DNA of 64,000 bases. It comes from Squalus acanthias. Taxonomy: Eukaryota. Every line of letters starts with the position of its first letter. Positions within the stretch are counted from its first letter, which is position 1. Below the pieces are notes generated by a model that saw only the letters and a list, made by a program, of their open reading frames with translations, searched no databases and was not told where the DNA came from. The stretch is taken from positions 163,124,001-163,188,000 of the forward strand of contig CM059425.1 of NCBI GenBank assembly GCA_030390025.1, written 5' to 3'. A program made the translations under genes and the position numbers. Positions 24,733-39,700 of this stretch are shown here, piece after piece.

Positions 24733-27700
24733 GTGCAGGCATGACACTGGCGGTTAATCTCATGCAGCTTCTAGAGACCAGTCTACTGGTGACAGGTCAC
24801 CTGCTGCCTTCTTGATTATGGCTAAAGCATGAAATAAATAATCTAAATAACACAAATGGGCAAGATATAAAAAGATTGCAAGAGTACATTGTGATAAATA
24901 TATATATATTTTTTTTTTAAACTGAACAGTACCAGCACACCTATAACTTTAAACACAGCTTAAATTAATACACACTTTAAGATACAAGTCAAAAAAGTTA
25001 CAGAAATATTGAATCTATCTACTCATCATCTACATTGAATAAGTGGCTTTAAGCAAGTCGAATACACCATGGGATACGATAGGAACAATGATCATGACTT
25101 GGGTCTGGTTTCAATCAATTTCCTGAGGGAAGTTTTCAACTAATGTGATGTATAAAACAACATAAACCACCAGAATAACATTATAGTTAATAGATTTTCT
25201 CAGACTACAAATATTTCTTATTACTAATTAATTCATTTTTAGATCTCCAAAAGCTGTATTACTAGACATTTGTTCGAAGTTATCCTCCTCATTGTCCAAA
25301 ATCTCTTTTCCATTATAAAATAAAAGCTGCATAGTACATCAGGAGTGTGGGTACAGGAACAAGCTGAGAAGAAGTTTTGCAAGAGAAAGATAAGCTATTA
25401 TTGGTTGTGATCATTTAAAATTGTTTAAATATTCTCATGAAATGGCAAATGGCACAATGAGGAAAAAATGTTGTTTGTGATGGGTAGATCTCTGAACTGC
25501 CATTCCCCACCCAGTCAGCGACAAGGCTGAGTATGGATGGGCCTTTAGCCCAGGCCTCAGGACATTTCTTTCTCATGTGAAAACAAAAAAAAAAAACTGG
25601 TTCTCTTGACAGTTCTGTTGTGACATCCTTTCCAGCATGACTGGTAGAGAAAATATCAAGGAACGAGAACAAACAAGTGAAATTTGTAGATGTGTGCATA
25701 ATTGGTGACAAATCTTTTGCAGCCACACACAGAGAGCCATAGCAACATTAACCAGATCATAACAATAGATTTATTTAAAGAGTACATATGTCTCTTAAAG
25801 AGAAAATGAGAAAAAGTCTGAGACAGAGATACAGACAATGAGCGAAAGCCTGAAAGGGAAACAGAAAAAATGAGCACAGGTGACAAACAGACAATTACAG
25901 GAAGTGAGAAAAGTTCACTTTTATCCAGGAACATCCCAATGGGAGATCAATTAGTAAATGCTCATTTTTTATGCAAACAAAAGAACATTTCCTACCCTGC
26001 CTGCAAGAGATAATCGTTTCTTTGTACTTGTGCATCCGGAGCTGCATCTCTGCTAGATAAAACCAAGCGATAATTGCTGAACGCGCCTGCTTTAACCCTG
26101 CAATACAAGTAACATTCCTCTCAGATCTCGTATAAGGCAGAAGGAAAAACATCAGGCAAAAGAGAAAAAAAACACAAGTTTTGGCAATCACATTTATCTG
26201 TTTAGTGGCTAGTGCATAGGTGTACCAGAATGAAAAGTAGATCATAGCAGCAACCATACATAGTAAAATACTGAAAGCAGTTATGCAGCGTCACCTTTTT
26301 TGAAGCAGATTGCCAAAGGATACAATTATAGACTTCCAACTAACACAATGAATAATGACTCAATTGATGCATGCAAAGAGAAAATAAATCTAATTGAACA
26401 GCGCGTACAGACATGGACTTGGCACTAGACTCCGGGGTAGGAAAAAGGAATGGTCTACACAGGTTTCTGTAGCTGCCTGCCAAATGGAGGATGTGTCTCC
26501 CCAGAACTGTGGGATTCTGAATAGTACAGAAGGCAAGATACCTTTTCTGCATCATTTCATTCTATTCTATGCTAATTTGTAAAATATTGCTACTAAGAAT
26601 CAACACTGCAAAATGTTTCAAAATTGTTATTTGTACTCTTGATCATTCGAATCTCCGATCACACCACATCCCAAACTGCACATATGCATTTGAAATTCAT
26701 TCCAATTTGTTAAATAAATTTTATGACTTCTATTTTATTTGAGGTGAATGTGTGTGCTCATTAAAAGTGAACTATGTTAGTGCTAGAGAATGAAATACAT
26801 TTCCATTTATATACCTTACAAGTCATCTGGGATGAACTCAGATCACCAGTACCAGCTCCCAACTCTTGCTGCAAACTAAACCTTCCGACTGTACTACTAG
26901 ACAGGGCAATTGAACCATGCAGTCAGAAGGAGGCTAGCAACATTGGTATTTGCCACAGGTGATCCAGAATCCCTCTAGGTAAATCAAGAAACTTGTACAC
27001 TTGGTACACCCAGTCCAGGTCCCCACATCAGGCACTTGCAGATTAGATACAGCAGTCAGTGTGCAGTTCGCCATACTCTGCCCTGACAGCTTGATTTAAC
27101 CTCAACATGTTTCATTTTCCACTTCACGCATGCATCACCCTCTTCAAATGAACCCGCCAATTTAGTGTTTGCGTGTGCCGGGTTAGGACAGTTTTGTGCT
27201 TAGTGCCAGTATCCATTAGAAACGGAGTTGGAACTGGTCGAACTCATTTCAGGGAGGACCCTTACAGCTGGTAGACCACATCATTCCTGAATCTGGATTG
27301 ATGTAAACAGAGGGCCCAGAGTGAAAAGGAAGTGTACAAAATGCAGTGGCCTAAAAGTCAACACAATCAACAGGTCAATTGTAAACAGAAAAATCATTAA
27401 AATATTAACTTTTGCTTAATTAGCAATTCCAGTTAAAATGCATGGGAAAGAGAGCGATCAGATACATTTTCAGAGGATTGCTGAACCACAGAGACATTAT
27501 ATATGGTGTATTACATTTGTCTGATAGATTTCTTCTTACCACACAAGCACAATTCCCCAAAAAGAGTAATCCCCCCCAAAATAACTACCTTCAGTGAGGT
27601 TCTTTGCTGCTTCTTCATATTTCTTTTCTTGCATAGCTTTGATCCCAAGTCCAATAAGGCCTAACCCATTTGTTGGTTCCATTTTGTTGAGTCTTGTATA

Positions 27701-30700
27701 ACACTGCAAAGCCTCTTCACTAAAACACTCTGTTTAAAATGAGAAGATAGTATAATAACAGAACTCTTCTGTAATGCAGATTAATCACCACTGCAAACTC
27801 GATAGAAAGATTACCAACTGGTAGTGTCATCCTCATCCTTCAAATAAAGGCATCCTCTGTACACTGTAGAAGTTTGCCACCAACAGTATCATGGCAAGCT
27901 CCTAAAGTATGTGAAGGACACTAGGACAGAACAACAAATATTTGCTGCACAGTAGCATATTTAGAAAAAGCACCAACTACAAATAACACCTGCAAAAGTA
28001 CTAATTGATTAAAGCAATACATCACTAAACACACTTAAAATGTTGGATACCATTCAGTTAAAGCTTGCTGATCTAGAAGCTTTTCAGCATAACTTAACCT
28101 GGAATACTTTCCTTTAACCCACACCATGCATTTATTTTCAAGATAAAACCTAGAAGACACAGTTCTGGATCAATAATTAGCATTCCTACTCTAACCAAAG
28201 TATATTGGCTGGAATTTGCAGTTGTAATGACGGCGAAACTGTCAGCGTTCGCCATCATTACAACTGTGAAACTGACAGCAACTTCTGGTGTCCGCACATG
28301 CACAGTTAAACGCGGAAATCCAGAAGTTGCTGTTAGTCATTCCCTGCTCCTCTACAGGCTGTGCTGTTGAACTTCCCGCAGCCGGCCATCAATTGAAATC
28401 ACTGAACGGACGAGAATTTCCCCTTTTTTGCAGTAATATCACTGTTAAAAACTCCCTAAAAAGTTAAGCCTTGTTCAATGAGGTGTAACTTAGTTTTTAA
28501 CGGTGTACTGAGTCATAACTACTGCTAAACAACTGTTCTGGCCCTGAAAAACTAATTTTATATTTGTGGAATGTCAAATTTTTCCATTATGATACAAATT
28601 CCATGGTTTTAATATAATAACTTTTTTTTTTAAGTTTATGATATTTCAGCTTCTACCTTAATCACATGTGCATGCCCCAATCTTTATTTCGCCCTGTAAA
28701 ATGATTAAAAAGTGCATTTTACTTCTTGGTTTGCTGTATGTGAGAATTCTTCAATGTGATTGGCTACTTAGCCAGCTTAATGACATCACTGTTGCTGGAC
28801 ACTGGAGATCCCCTAGACTTGGCGCCAGAACCAAATTAACGTCGGGAGAGGTGAAATCCACGCCACAGAGATCGCTAGATATTTGTGAGTAGCTTCCTTA
28901 GAGGTCAGCGGCAGGTGCCGTCATTTCACGGCTGACCACAAAATCCAGGCCTTTACCGTTTGAGAATTGGAGATGTCATTTCTATCCTCAAGATGAAAAG
29001 TGTCAAGTGTTGGGGAATTGTGCTCCTTCCCACATTTTACACTTAGTGTCAACATCATGCACATAGATTAATCTAGCATTGCCCGAGGGAACGCTCTCTC
29101 TGTTCTCTCTCAATAATGCTCCTTAACCCCAACCGCAAGACAGTACCTCTTGCGGTATCAGTATGAATTTCTTCATTTCACACACTATCGTTCCTTATTT
29201 GTCTCAGAGAGATTGGCAATTTGTGTCAAAATACAGATAATTTTATGCTGTGGAGAGACACCTTAACCACCAGGTGTTAACTGTACAAAAAAATCTATTA
29301 TTTTGAAACTATAAAAATAACTACCTGTCTGGATAAAATGCATCCCGAGTACTTCTAGTGAAGATGATGAATTAGGATACTGGGCTGTCAAAACCTCGCA
29401 AGCTAATTTTAGCTTGTCTTCTTCATGTGGCAGCTGAAACAAAGAAGTTTAAAAAAATATATACTTCTATTTTCAAAAACCTGAGCCTCTGATGTTACAC
29501 TACTTTAACAAAAGTAAAATAAAGCATTTCCTAAGAAATGTATTCAGTTAATTTGATGACATTGGCATCTTAAAAAAAATTGGAAATTAATTATTTTTTG
29601 CAAAGTAACATAAAATAGCAAAGGCATGCTCACAAGTACAATACTATTTACATCCCACTGAATTCCTATACACCAATGCAGTAGTTTTCAACCTTTTCTG
29701 TGTAAGGAACCACTGCAAATATTGAAGTATTTCCAGGGATCATCTGCAAGTACTGACACATTCAGAGACACTGTCTTAACTTCCAAAAGACAGTGTCATC
29801 TCCCAAAGGAAAAAATCATCACTGCTGAAAACATTTTCCATTACACAGCAAAATAAATGACATGCTAATATGTAATGTGTCAATACAGAATTCTTGAGAC
29901 ACTATGATGCATCATAAATCCCGAGATTTCCAGATCCTAGTTTGAAAATCTGTGTCTGAGTATTATAATGTGCAGCACAAACCATAATATTGCCACTTTC
30001 TCTTTCAGTGCTAAGATTTTAGTGATGAACAAGCTTACTTTTGATAGAAATTTAATATAGGCAGTGGAAAGCTTCTGATGTTTATCACTTGGAATCTTGT
30101 CCAGGGATGAAAGGACATTTTCAAAAGCAGTTATCAACTACACAAAAAAGAGAGAGAGTTAGCAATGCACTATGAACAAAAATAAGAAAATAAGCATTTA
30201 TGTAACATCTTTCACAATCTCAGGATGTCCCAAAGCGCTTCACAGCTAATGAAGTACTTTTGAATTGTAATCACCATTATAATACAGGAAAATGCAGCAG
30301 CCTAATTTCACACTGCAAGGTCCCTCAAACAGCAATTAAATAAATGACCTAATCTGTTTCAGTGGAGTTGTATGAGGGATAAATGTTGGCCAGGGCACTG
30401 GGAGAACTCCCCTGTTCTTCCTCAAAAAGTGCCATGGGATCTTTTACATCCATATGAAAAGGTAGACGGGGCTTCGGTTTAACGTCTCATCCTAAAGATG
30501 ACACCTCCAACAATGCAGTACTCCCTCAGTACTGCATTCATGCATTAGTCTAGATTATCTGCTCAAATTCTAGAGTGGGGCTTGAACCCAAGAACAGCCT
30601 TCTGATTCTGAAGCAGGATTAGTATCACTGAGCCGAGGCTGGAAAGGCACTTACAACTCACAAAAATTACTCAACAAGAACTAATTATCTCAACCTTTAA

Positions 30701-33700
30701 TTCCTATTTAGGGCCTTCAATTCTATAAATTACTTTTTCAAACTCTGTGTTACAAGACCAGAATCAGATTTACTTTCACCCTCCTGAAGCAGGTCTTTCG
30801 CCCACATGAAAATCTTCTTTCTAAATTGCACAAATTATGGAGTTTGCTGGTTTAAAAGTAAAATGTGTTACAGTAGCTAAATCGGATTGTTGTTGTCATT
30901 ATAATAAGTCATAGAGGCTTTACCTCTGACTCACAACAATGACAAAAAAAAAAATCAGTTTCAGCTAGGGTTGTCAACTCAGTGTTGACATATTCTTGGA
31001 TGTTCGATCACGATCACACAACATCCGATCACACGACATTTGCCCGCAGTTTGCAAATGTTAATGCCTTATTGCCCCACAGTTTTCATGCAACCTTCACA
31101 AGTACATGATGCATATAATTTGTAAAACTTGGATTGTAGTTTAATCTTGGTTTCCAATTTCAAAATTCTGATGTCAATTACATAAGAGAGTAAATACTTG
31201 GGATATAGCACGCAAGATAATAAAACTTATTCAAAATCAGAGAAACATCGTTGTCAGTTAATCAGGCTGTGGAATTTCAATGCTACAGTTAAGTGGCCAT
31301 CAAAGCACTTGAGAAGTTCAAAACAAATATTATTGCAGGTGAATCCTGATTGGCTTAAATGAGCCTTACCAGCAGAAATCTAGCCATCGGCAGTACCTTG
31401 AAGAAAACATTTACCTCCTTTTCTCAAGAGTAAATTTAAATGCTCCTCTATAATTTTGAAATTCTCTTTGAAATGTAACATTTTTCTATGACATTATATT
31501 AAAGTATATTCAGTGGAATTTTTTGATACCACTCTGTTGACAGAAATAAGTAGTCAGTTGAAGGTTTCAACTGACTACTTATTTCTGTCAACAGTGTGGT
31601 TATTGAAGAAAAACTTATTACATTCACCAGCCGACACAGAAAGCGCCCCTTCTGCTGCTGCACGTCAGTTTCGTCTAAAATAATAGGGTGCTTTCTAGCA
31701 CGCAGTGCATGCTGGGTAAATACATCCACCTTTAATCCCCAGAATTGTGGAACGGATCCTATTAAGATTGGAGCTGGGATAACTGCATTGGAGCAGGGAA
31801 ACAATAAAATAAAATATTACTGAGAGTTCACAGTTCAGGCCTGTCTCTAATCCACGAGAAGTGAAAGTGCAAATGGAATGCAATGTACTTTTCTCCCGGG
31901 TTTCCAGTCCGACAGACCAATCCTCCATTCCAGGAGGGTTTGCAACCCTAGTTTTAGCTACTGTACCAAATGGTTGGTGGTTCAATTCTATAAACAGTAA
32001 CCACAAATTTCAATTCTGTACAGCAAAACAACTGAATTAAGTTTGCTTTTAAAAGATAAACTTCCATATTTATCCCTTTGGAGGAAAATTAAAATAAATG
32101 CAACAGTTTCAATTTATTTCTTATAATCCATAGCATATTATTCATTAAATATAATTATTTATAACAAACATCTTAGTAACACGTATGAGGTGCCTTTACC
32201 AGTTGTTGGGTCTCATTATCCTGACTCTCTACTTTGTCCTCAAGTAACTGGATCATTTTCCTCCATAATGATTGGAGTTCTTGTTTACCAGCGCCATCTT
32301 GTTGTTTTAGCTGTATTAATCGACTCCATGTTTTGCCAACCTGCAACCAGGGATGAGAGGATTACAGTCAAGAGAGACTTGAGGAGTTAGGGCTATTTCA
32401 CGAAGGTTAAGAGGTGATGATAATAATGTGCAAGATTATGAAAGGTATAATTTGGTAACTGCACTAGTCAGAAATATGGTAACAAGATGGCACAAATTTA
32501 AGGTAATCATAAAAATAATTAAAAGGGAAGGTTAGAAAAAGATTTCTTCAGAGCTTAGAATGTGGAATTCTCCTTCTCAAACCACTGTTGCAACAGCAGC
32601 CAAAAATTCTTTTAAAAGGGAATGAGGTAGTTGAAAAACAGGAATATTAAAGCATATAGAAAGTGAGCAGGAGAATGGAATTAGACTAGATGGCTCAAGT
32701 TGAAAAGCATTGGAGTAGGCCAAATGGCATCTTTCTGTGCTGCCATGTCCTATGAACAGGAAGACAGAAAATTATAACTTGCTTGGAAAAGATGCAGGTT
32801 CGCAAAATACTTTAACAACGAAGTAAACTTGGACTTGGCCTGGTCATTTTTACATTCTCCAGAAGTCCTTCTCTCAGAAAGTGAAATAGTATAATAGTGT
32901 CATTATTTTGTAGTTAATGACAGTGGTAACAGCATTTTAAGAATCAATTCTGTCTCAATTGGAAGTAGGCAGCTGGAGTTGAATTATCTTCATGTGCCTT
33001 TGATAAAGACAACAGGAGAGGTGAGGGTAGTTGCCCTGAACAACAAGACAGCATTCAAATGAGTATGGCTCAAGGATCCTCAGCAAAAGTGAGGTCAATG
33101 GGAAAACTTCCAGTGGCTGGACTCAAACCTGATGCAAAGGTAGATGGCTGTAGTCGTCAGAGACCAGTCATCACACCCACAGGACATTGCTGCAGAAGGT
33201 CCTCTGGGAAGTATCCTTAGCCCAACTATCTTCATCATAAGGTCAGAAGTCAGCTATTGGTGGACTATTCCAATATTCATCTCCATTCACAACTCCTGCA
33301 ATAATGAAGCAGCCCTTGCCAGCAGGACCTGGATAAGATCCAGACTTGGGCTGATAAATAGCACATAATATTTCTACCATCAACAACATCTTTGTGGGGG
33401 GGTCACCACTGACCAGAAGCTTAATTGGATGAGCTATATCAACATCATGGATACAAGACCAGGGCAGAGGATAGGTACTCTGCTCATCTTCTGAGCCCTC
33501 AAAGCCTCTCCACCAACTACAAGACATAATTCAGGGATGATGGAGTACCCACCATGCGCCTAAATGGTTACAGCCGTAACAACACTCAAGAAGCTTGACC
33601 AGATCCAGGACAGAGTAGTTTGCTTGATCGGCTCCTATACTACTGGACTCAGTATCCACCCCCTCCACCACCAGTACATTGTGGTAATTCAATAGCACCT

Positions 33701-36700
33701 CCCCTCCCCTGTGACCTTTCCAACAGAGAAGGACAAGAGCAGTAATGTTGTGGGAATACTATCACCTCCATGTCCCCCTTCAAGTCGCACATCATCCTGA
33801 CTTTCATATACTGGAGTTCCTTCATGGTCATTGGGTCAATATCCTGGAATTCCCTATCTAACACCATCAAGGAAGAACCATCACCACAAAGTTCAAGGAG
33901 AAGGCTTGTTATATGCTTAGAGGCACAGGGCAAGGCTAGAATACTCAATGAGTACTTTGTATCGGTGTTTACTAAGGAGGTGGATGCTGACAAAATATCG
34001 GTAGAAGTGGAAAAGGTAGAAGCAATGGAAGGGGTGAAAATTGATGGACAGGATGTACTAGAAAGGCTGGCTAAGTGGACAAGTCGCCTGATCCAGATTG
34101 CTTGCATCCCAAGTTGCTAAGGGAATTGGGGGAGGAGATAGTGGAAGGGCTTGCCATAATCTTCCCTAGATGCAGGGGAGGTGCCTGAGGATTGGAAAGT
34201 GGCAAATGTGACACCATTATTCAAGAAAGGGTGTAAGGACAATCCCAGTAACTACAGGCTGGTCAGTTTAACATCAGTGGTGGGTAAAGTTTTAGAAACA
34301 ATAATCAAGGAAAAAATTAACGGGCACTTGGAGAGGTTTAAGCTAATTAAGGAGAGCCAACACGGATTTGTAAAAGGCAGATCATGTTTGACTAATCTAA
34401 TTGAATTTTTTGATGAGGTAACAAGAGAGGATTGATGAAGGGAATGCAGTGGATGTTGTCTACCTGGATTTTCGGAAGGCGTTTGACAAAGTACCACATA
34501 GAAGGCTGATTAACAAAATTTAGGCTCATGGTATAGGTGGGTCAGTGGCAGCTTGGATAAGGAATTGGCTTAAGGACAGAAAACAGTGAGTTGTGGTAAA
34601 TGGTTGTTTTTCAGACTGGAGGATGGTAGACAGTGGTGTTCCCCAAGGGTCAGTGCTGGGGCCACTGCTTTTTTTGATATATATATAAATAAATGACCTG
34701 GATATTGGAATACAGAGTAGAATTTCTATATTTACCGATGACACCAAACTTGGGGGTATGGCAAACAGTGACGATGATACCAATCGACTGCAACAGGACA
34801 TAGAAAGACTAGCAGAATGGGCAGACAAGTGGCAGATGGAATTTAATAGAGAAGTGTGAGGTGATGCATTTTGGCAGAAGGAACAGGGAGAGGCAATATA
34901 CACTTAATGGCACAGTTTTAAAGTGTGTGCAGGGACAGAGGGACCTGGGAGTTAACGTGCATAGGTCCCTGAAGGTGGCAGGACATATTGAGAGAGTGAT
35001 TAACAAAGCATATTGGATCTTAGGCTTCATAAATAGAGGTATTGAGTACAAAAGTAGAGAAGTTATGCTGAACCTTTATAAAGTGCTGGTTAGGCCATAA
35101 CTGGAGTATCGTGTCCAGTTCTGGTCACCACACTTTAGAAAGGATGTGAAAACCCTCGAGAGGGTGCAGAGGAGATTTACCAGAATGGTTCCAGGGATGG
35201 GGGATCTTAGCTACAAGGACAGGTTGGAGAAGCTGGATTTGTTTTCATTAGAGCAAAGGAGGTTGAGGGGTGATTTGATAGAGGTGTGCAAGATTATGAC
35301 GGATTTGATAGGTTAGACGATAAAGGCTGTTCCCACTAGTTGATGGTACAAGGACTAGGGGACACAGATTTAAGGTTTTGGGCAAGAGATACAGGGGGGA
35401 TGTGAGGAAAAACTTTTTTACGCAGCGAATGATGATGACCTGGAATTCGCTGCCGATGGAAGTGGTGGAAGCGGAGACACTCAATGTTTTCAAGGGGAGA
35501 CTGGATAGGCACTTGAGGGAAATAAACTTGCAGGGCTACAGGGATAGAGCAGGGGAATGGGACTGACTAGATTGCTCTACAGATAGCCGGCACAAACTCG
35601 ATGGGCCGAATGGCCTCCTTCTGTGCTGTTATGACCATGACTCTATAAGGCCTAACACCAGGGCAACTAGGATGGGCAAAAAAATGTAGCCTTGCCAGTG
35701 CCACAAACATCCTGAAAAAAACAAGAGCAATAGTGAGTGAGCAAGGGCATGAGTGAAACACTATTTTCTGCAAGCATTTTATGGTGATCTTCCCCATGTA
35801 CTATAATACACTGATGTTCCATAAAGTAGAAAATGCACTTAAAGCTGTTCCTATCCTTTGATATTTAAATATACTCACCTCTAGATATTTCTTTTCTTGA
35901 TGATAGAGATCAACTAACTTTAGGCAGACTTCATGCCATTTTTGCTTATCGGAACTACAAAACAGGAAAAAGTTATTTGAAATTATATCATTGTGCAAAC
36001 AAATAATCTATGGAGCACCTGAAAATAAACAGCACCAGTATTTGAATCTGGTTGGAGGGTGGATGGAAGTGGAAATTGGAATTATAATATGGACTACAAC
36101 GTTCAGCCCAGAACACCAAATACTGTTTTATTAAGATACTTCCAACTAATTTACAGTCCATAGTATAATTCAAAAATCCTCTTACTCCACCAGTCAAATT
36201 TAACCAAATTCTTGCAATGAAACTTTTTCCAGGGAGTTCCATGTTGTTTTTTTACCCTCATAACATGCTCCTCGGGCAGAATAATTTTCTCACCCACATG
36301 CCAGAGAAAATGGTAAGCTGTGTGAATGTTTCCCCATTTCGCACAACTACATTGAAAACCTCACACCCTCATAAGCTACAGTAAGTATGCCTATTTTCAT
36401 GATTGTTTTCCAACCTTCTGTAGCACTTTGATTAATGTATGAGCAATTCTATTAATGTAAATTGGTCCATAACATGAGTCAGTACACATGGGTAAATTCA
36501 GCTAGTTTACACTGTGGGACAGACTCAGCAACAAAAAAGATTTGGGCATGTGAGATTTGTGAGATCTTCTACATACACAATTATTGCAAAGTTATCTTTG
36601 CAACTTATTATTCTGGCCACGGACCTTCCCAGATAACGAGGGAAGGTCTCATGCCAGCAACACTGTTGGCCTGTAAGGATGGGCAGAAGGTTCAGAATCA

Positions 36701-39700
36701 AAATGTTGAATCTGATGCCACACACTGGGGTGGTAGCAATTTGTTTACTCTATCACTTTACTTCTGGAGGCATAGGATGATACTATCTCTAAAGTGATTT
36801 CAGCCTCTGACCACGTTGCTACCACATCATTTGTCTTAAGAGTTTCTTCTGGTAACTCGCTTGTTGGCAAGAGTAAAGAGCGCATATATTACAGCACTGT
36901 TGTGGAAGACAAACATGTAATACAATACCCCATTTATATTTCAAAATCATTCAGGTGCAGTTCACAAAGTCATGCTTGTGACTTTCCCATTCTGACCACA
37001 GACCATCTCTAATGTTGAGAGGTGGTCTATACAGGCGAGCAATGCCCGAAATTTCAACCTACTTGGCAGTCCAAATGTTCAGGCTACCTGTTCGGGGCAC
37101 CATTATCATTTTTACATAGCAGGCATGTATAGACCTTTTCGTCTTGGGGAAAGGTCCAGAGTCAGAATGGTAGTTGCAAATGAGACTTTAAAACAATCAC
37201 ACATGCATATGGTAGGTGTTCCTCCCAGTCTGTGAATTCACCCCACAGTATAAATAGAGGAATCTGAAACACTAGTAATTGAATAATATTGCTTCTGCAA
37301 AATAAATGGGGAAAGTATTACAGGAAACTCTTTGGTATCCGGCACCGACGGGACCGGCGTTGTGCCGGTTGATCGAAAGTTCCGGATAACGGAGAGTTAT
37401 ATCTACTGAGGCTATTTTTAACAAAGAAAAATAAAAAAATCAAGAAATGTGCAGTATACAGTATTTGGGTACTCACCTACAGAATGTTGTGTTAAATGGA
37501 TGGTGGAAGATGCTTGATTAAGTACAGTACTGCCAGTTGAGAGTAATCCATAACTCTTTAATTACTTAACAGTAAGTGAGACTCCCGGCAGCGCGGGAGA
37601 ATCAACTCCTGCTACTGCAGTGTTTCTGACTTCCAACAGCGCCAGGAGGCCGAGTAGTGGCACTTTTGAAAACTACCCCTACTGACTAAATCGGCGTTCG
37701 CGGACTCGGGATCGGCAACATTGCCAGTTATTTGAGAGGAGTTTTCGGAGTACTCGCTGTTCGCGGAGACTCGGACTGCGACTCGGCAACATTGCCGGTT
37801 ATTTGAGAGGAGTTTTCGGAGGATGATTTTTGCCGGTTAAGCGAGAATTCCGGATATTTGGGTGCCGGATAAACAAGAGTTTCCTGTATTAATAAATCGG
37901 GAGCAACAGCCCAGTAATCAGATTTGCCACCTTATTCCATGGCAAAAAGTAAATTGGCGAGTGGCTTCAGAATTGTAAATTAAAATATATTGTTTAAACA
38001 AAAGTTTAAAATCAACCATTTAATACTGTTGCATATCTAACCTTTAAATATATGGTGCACACTTCAACTTATTTATGTATTGGACAACTGTGTCTGAAAA
38101 CCTTTTTAATAAATAAAGTTGAGATTAAAGCAAAAAAGTGCAGTATGCAAAATAAAGACTATGTTGAAGCAAATATAATCTGATCTGTGCATCAGATCCA
38201 CAAGAAAAAAACACTTATTTGAATTCAACCTTTAGGTAACATTTCTATGCTCATACATTGGCTTTGTGCTCCTACAAAAAAAAGGGACAAAGGAGCAGGC
38301 AAAGAGAGACAGCTCTTAAGCAAACCTAGACAACTATACTTCTCTCTACTACAAACATAAGTCTAATAAATTCAATCAGGATACCTTTCATATAGTTCCA
38401 TTAGCTTTGGGTAAATTCCCAACAGCTCATGCTTGTTATCAGATGCATCATTCTTCTCACACAGATTTAGCAACCCCTGAAAATAAATCAAAACTGTATT
38501 AGGTTCTAATTCCTCCTCACACTGCATACACAAATAAAAATTATTAGAATTTATAAAAGAAAGTTTACTCGCATTTTTACTCTTTTAAAACAAATGGGGT
38601 TTTTTTTGGTGGTGGGGGTGGGGGTGCTGGAGTACTTCCCAGACACTATTAGGCTGAAGCAGACTGTTCGTCACCTTAGTGTCCTATTCGATCTGGAGCG
38701 GAGCTTCTGACCCTATAACCTCTCCATCACAGAGAACACCTACTTCCATCTCCGTATCACCAGCCAACACCCCTACCACATGCCACTGAAACCTTCATCC
38801 ATACCTTTATCATTTCCAGACTTGACTATCCTAATGTTCTCTTGGCTGACCTTCCATTCTGTGTAAATCTCAGCTCATCCAAAACTCTGTTGCCTGTATC
38901 CTATTCTGCACCAAGTCCCACTCACCCATCACCCCTGTCTTACTTTGGCGCCCGGTCTCCCAACCCCTCAACTTTAAATTCTCATTCTTGTGTTTAAATC
39001 CTTCTTGACCTACTAGTCTTTGGAAAATATTTTGAGGGATTAACTAAAAGACTGCTAAGAGACTGCACTTTATGAAGCGCTGAGGTTGAAGTCACTCACA
39101 AATCCCAAGATCACAATGCATCTCAGGGGAACACAGAATCACACTGGAAAGAAGCAGGTAGGAGAACAAATGTACGTTACATACTATATATCTATATATA
39201 CACACACATCTCATTTTATATATTCTTACTAATGAAGCTGTATGGATAACTGAAAAAGATTATACAAAAACAATTGTGCTAAATTCTAACTATAAAAGGT
39301 AATACAAGACATAAAACTGTAAGCAGAGACCTGGTTTTCTTTTAATAAGCAGCCACAGACTTGTGTTCTATATAAATAAAATATATCATACTGAGATCAT
39401 TTCAATTGAACTTTATGATGTCACAATGCAAGAAATGAAAACCACTATGCATGTCATTTGTGTAGAGATGTGATGGTAAATGGAAGATACACCAGTTCAA
39501 ACAATTCAGCACTCAGATGATAGACCTGATGTCATTTGGCCGTGTACTTTCTGCACATCATCATAATCCAGTATGTGTGCTGTATATAGCAATTTTCATT
39601 TTCTTTGGTTTTATAGAATTAACTTTTTTCTTTAAAAAAAAATTCTGCATCTGAGTTTCTCTTTTTTTTAAAAAAAACTTGATCTTCATAGCTCCTCTGC

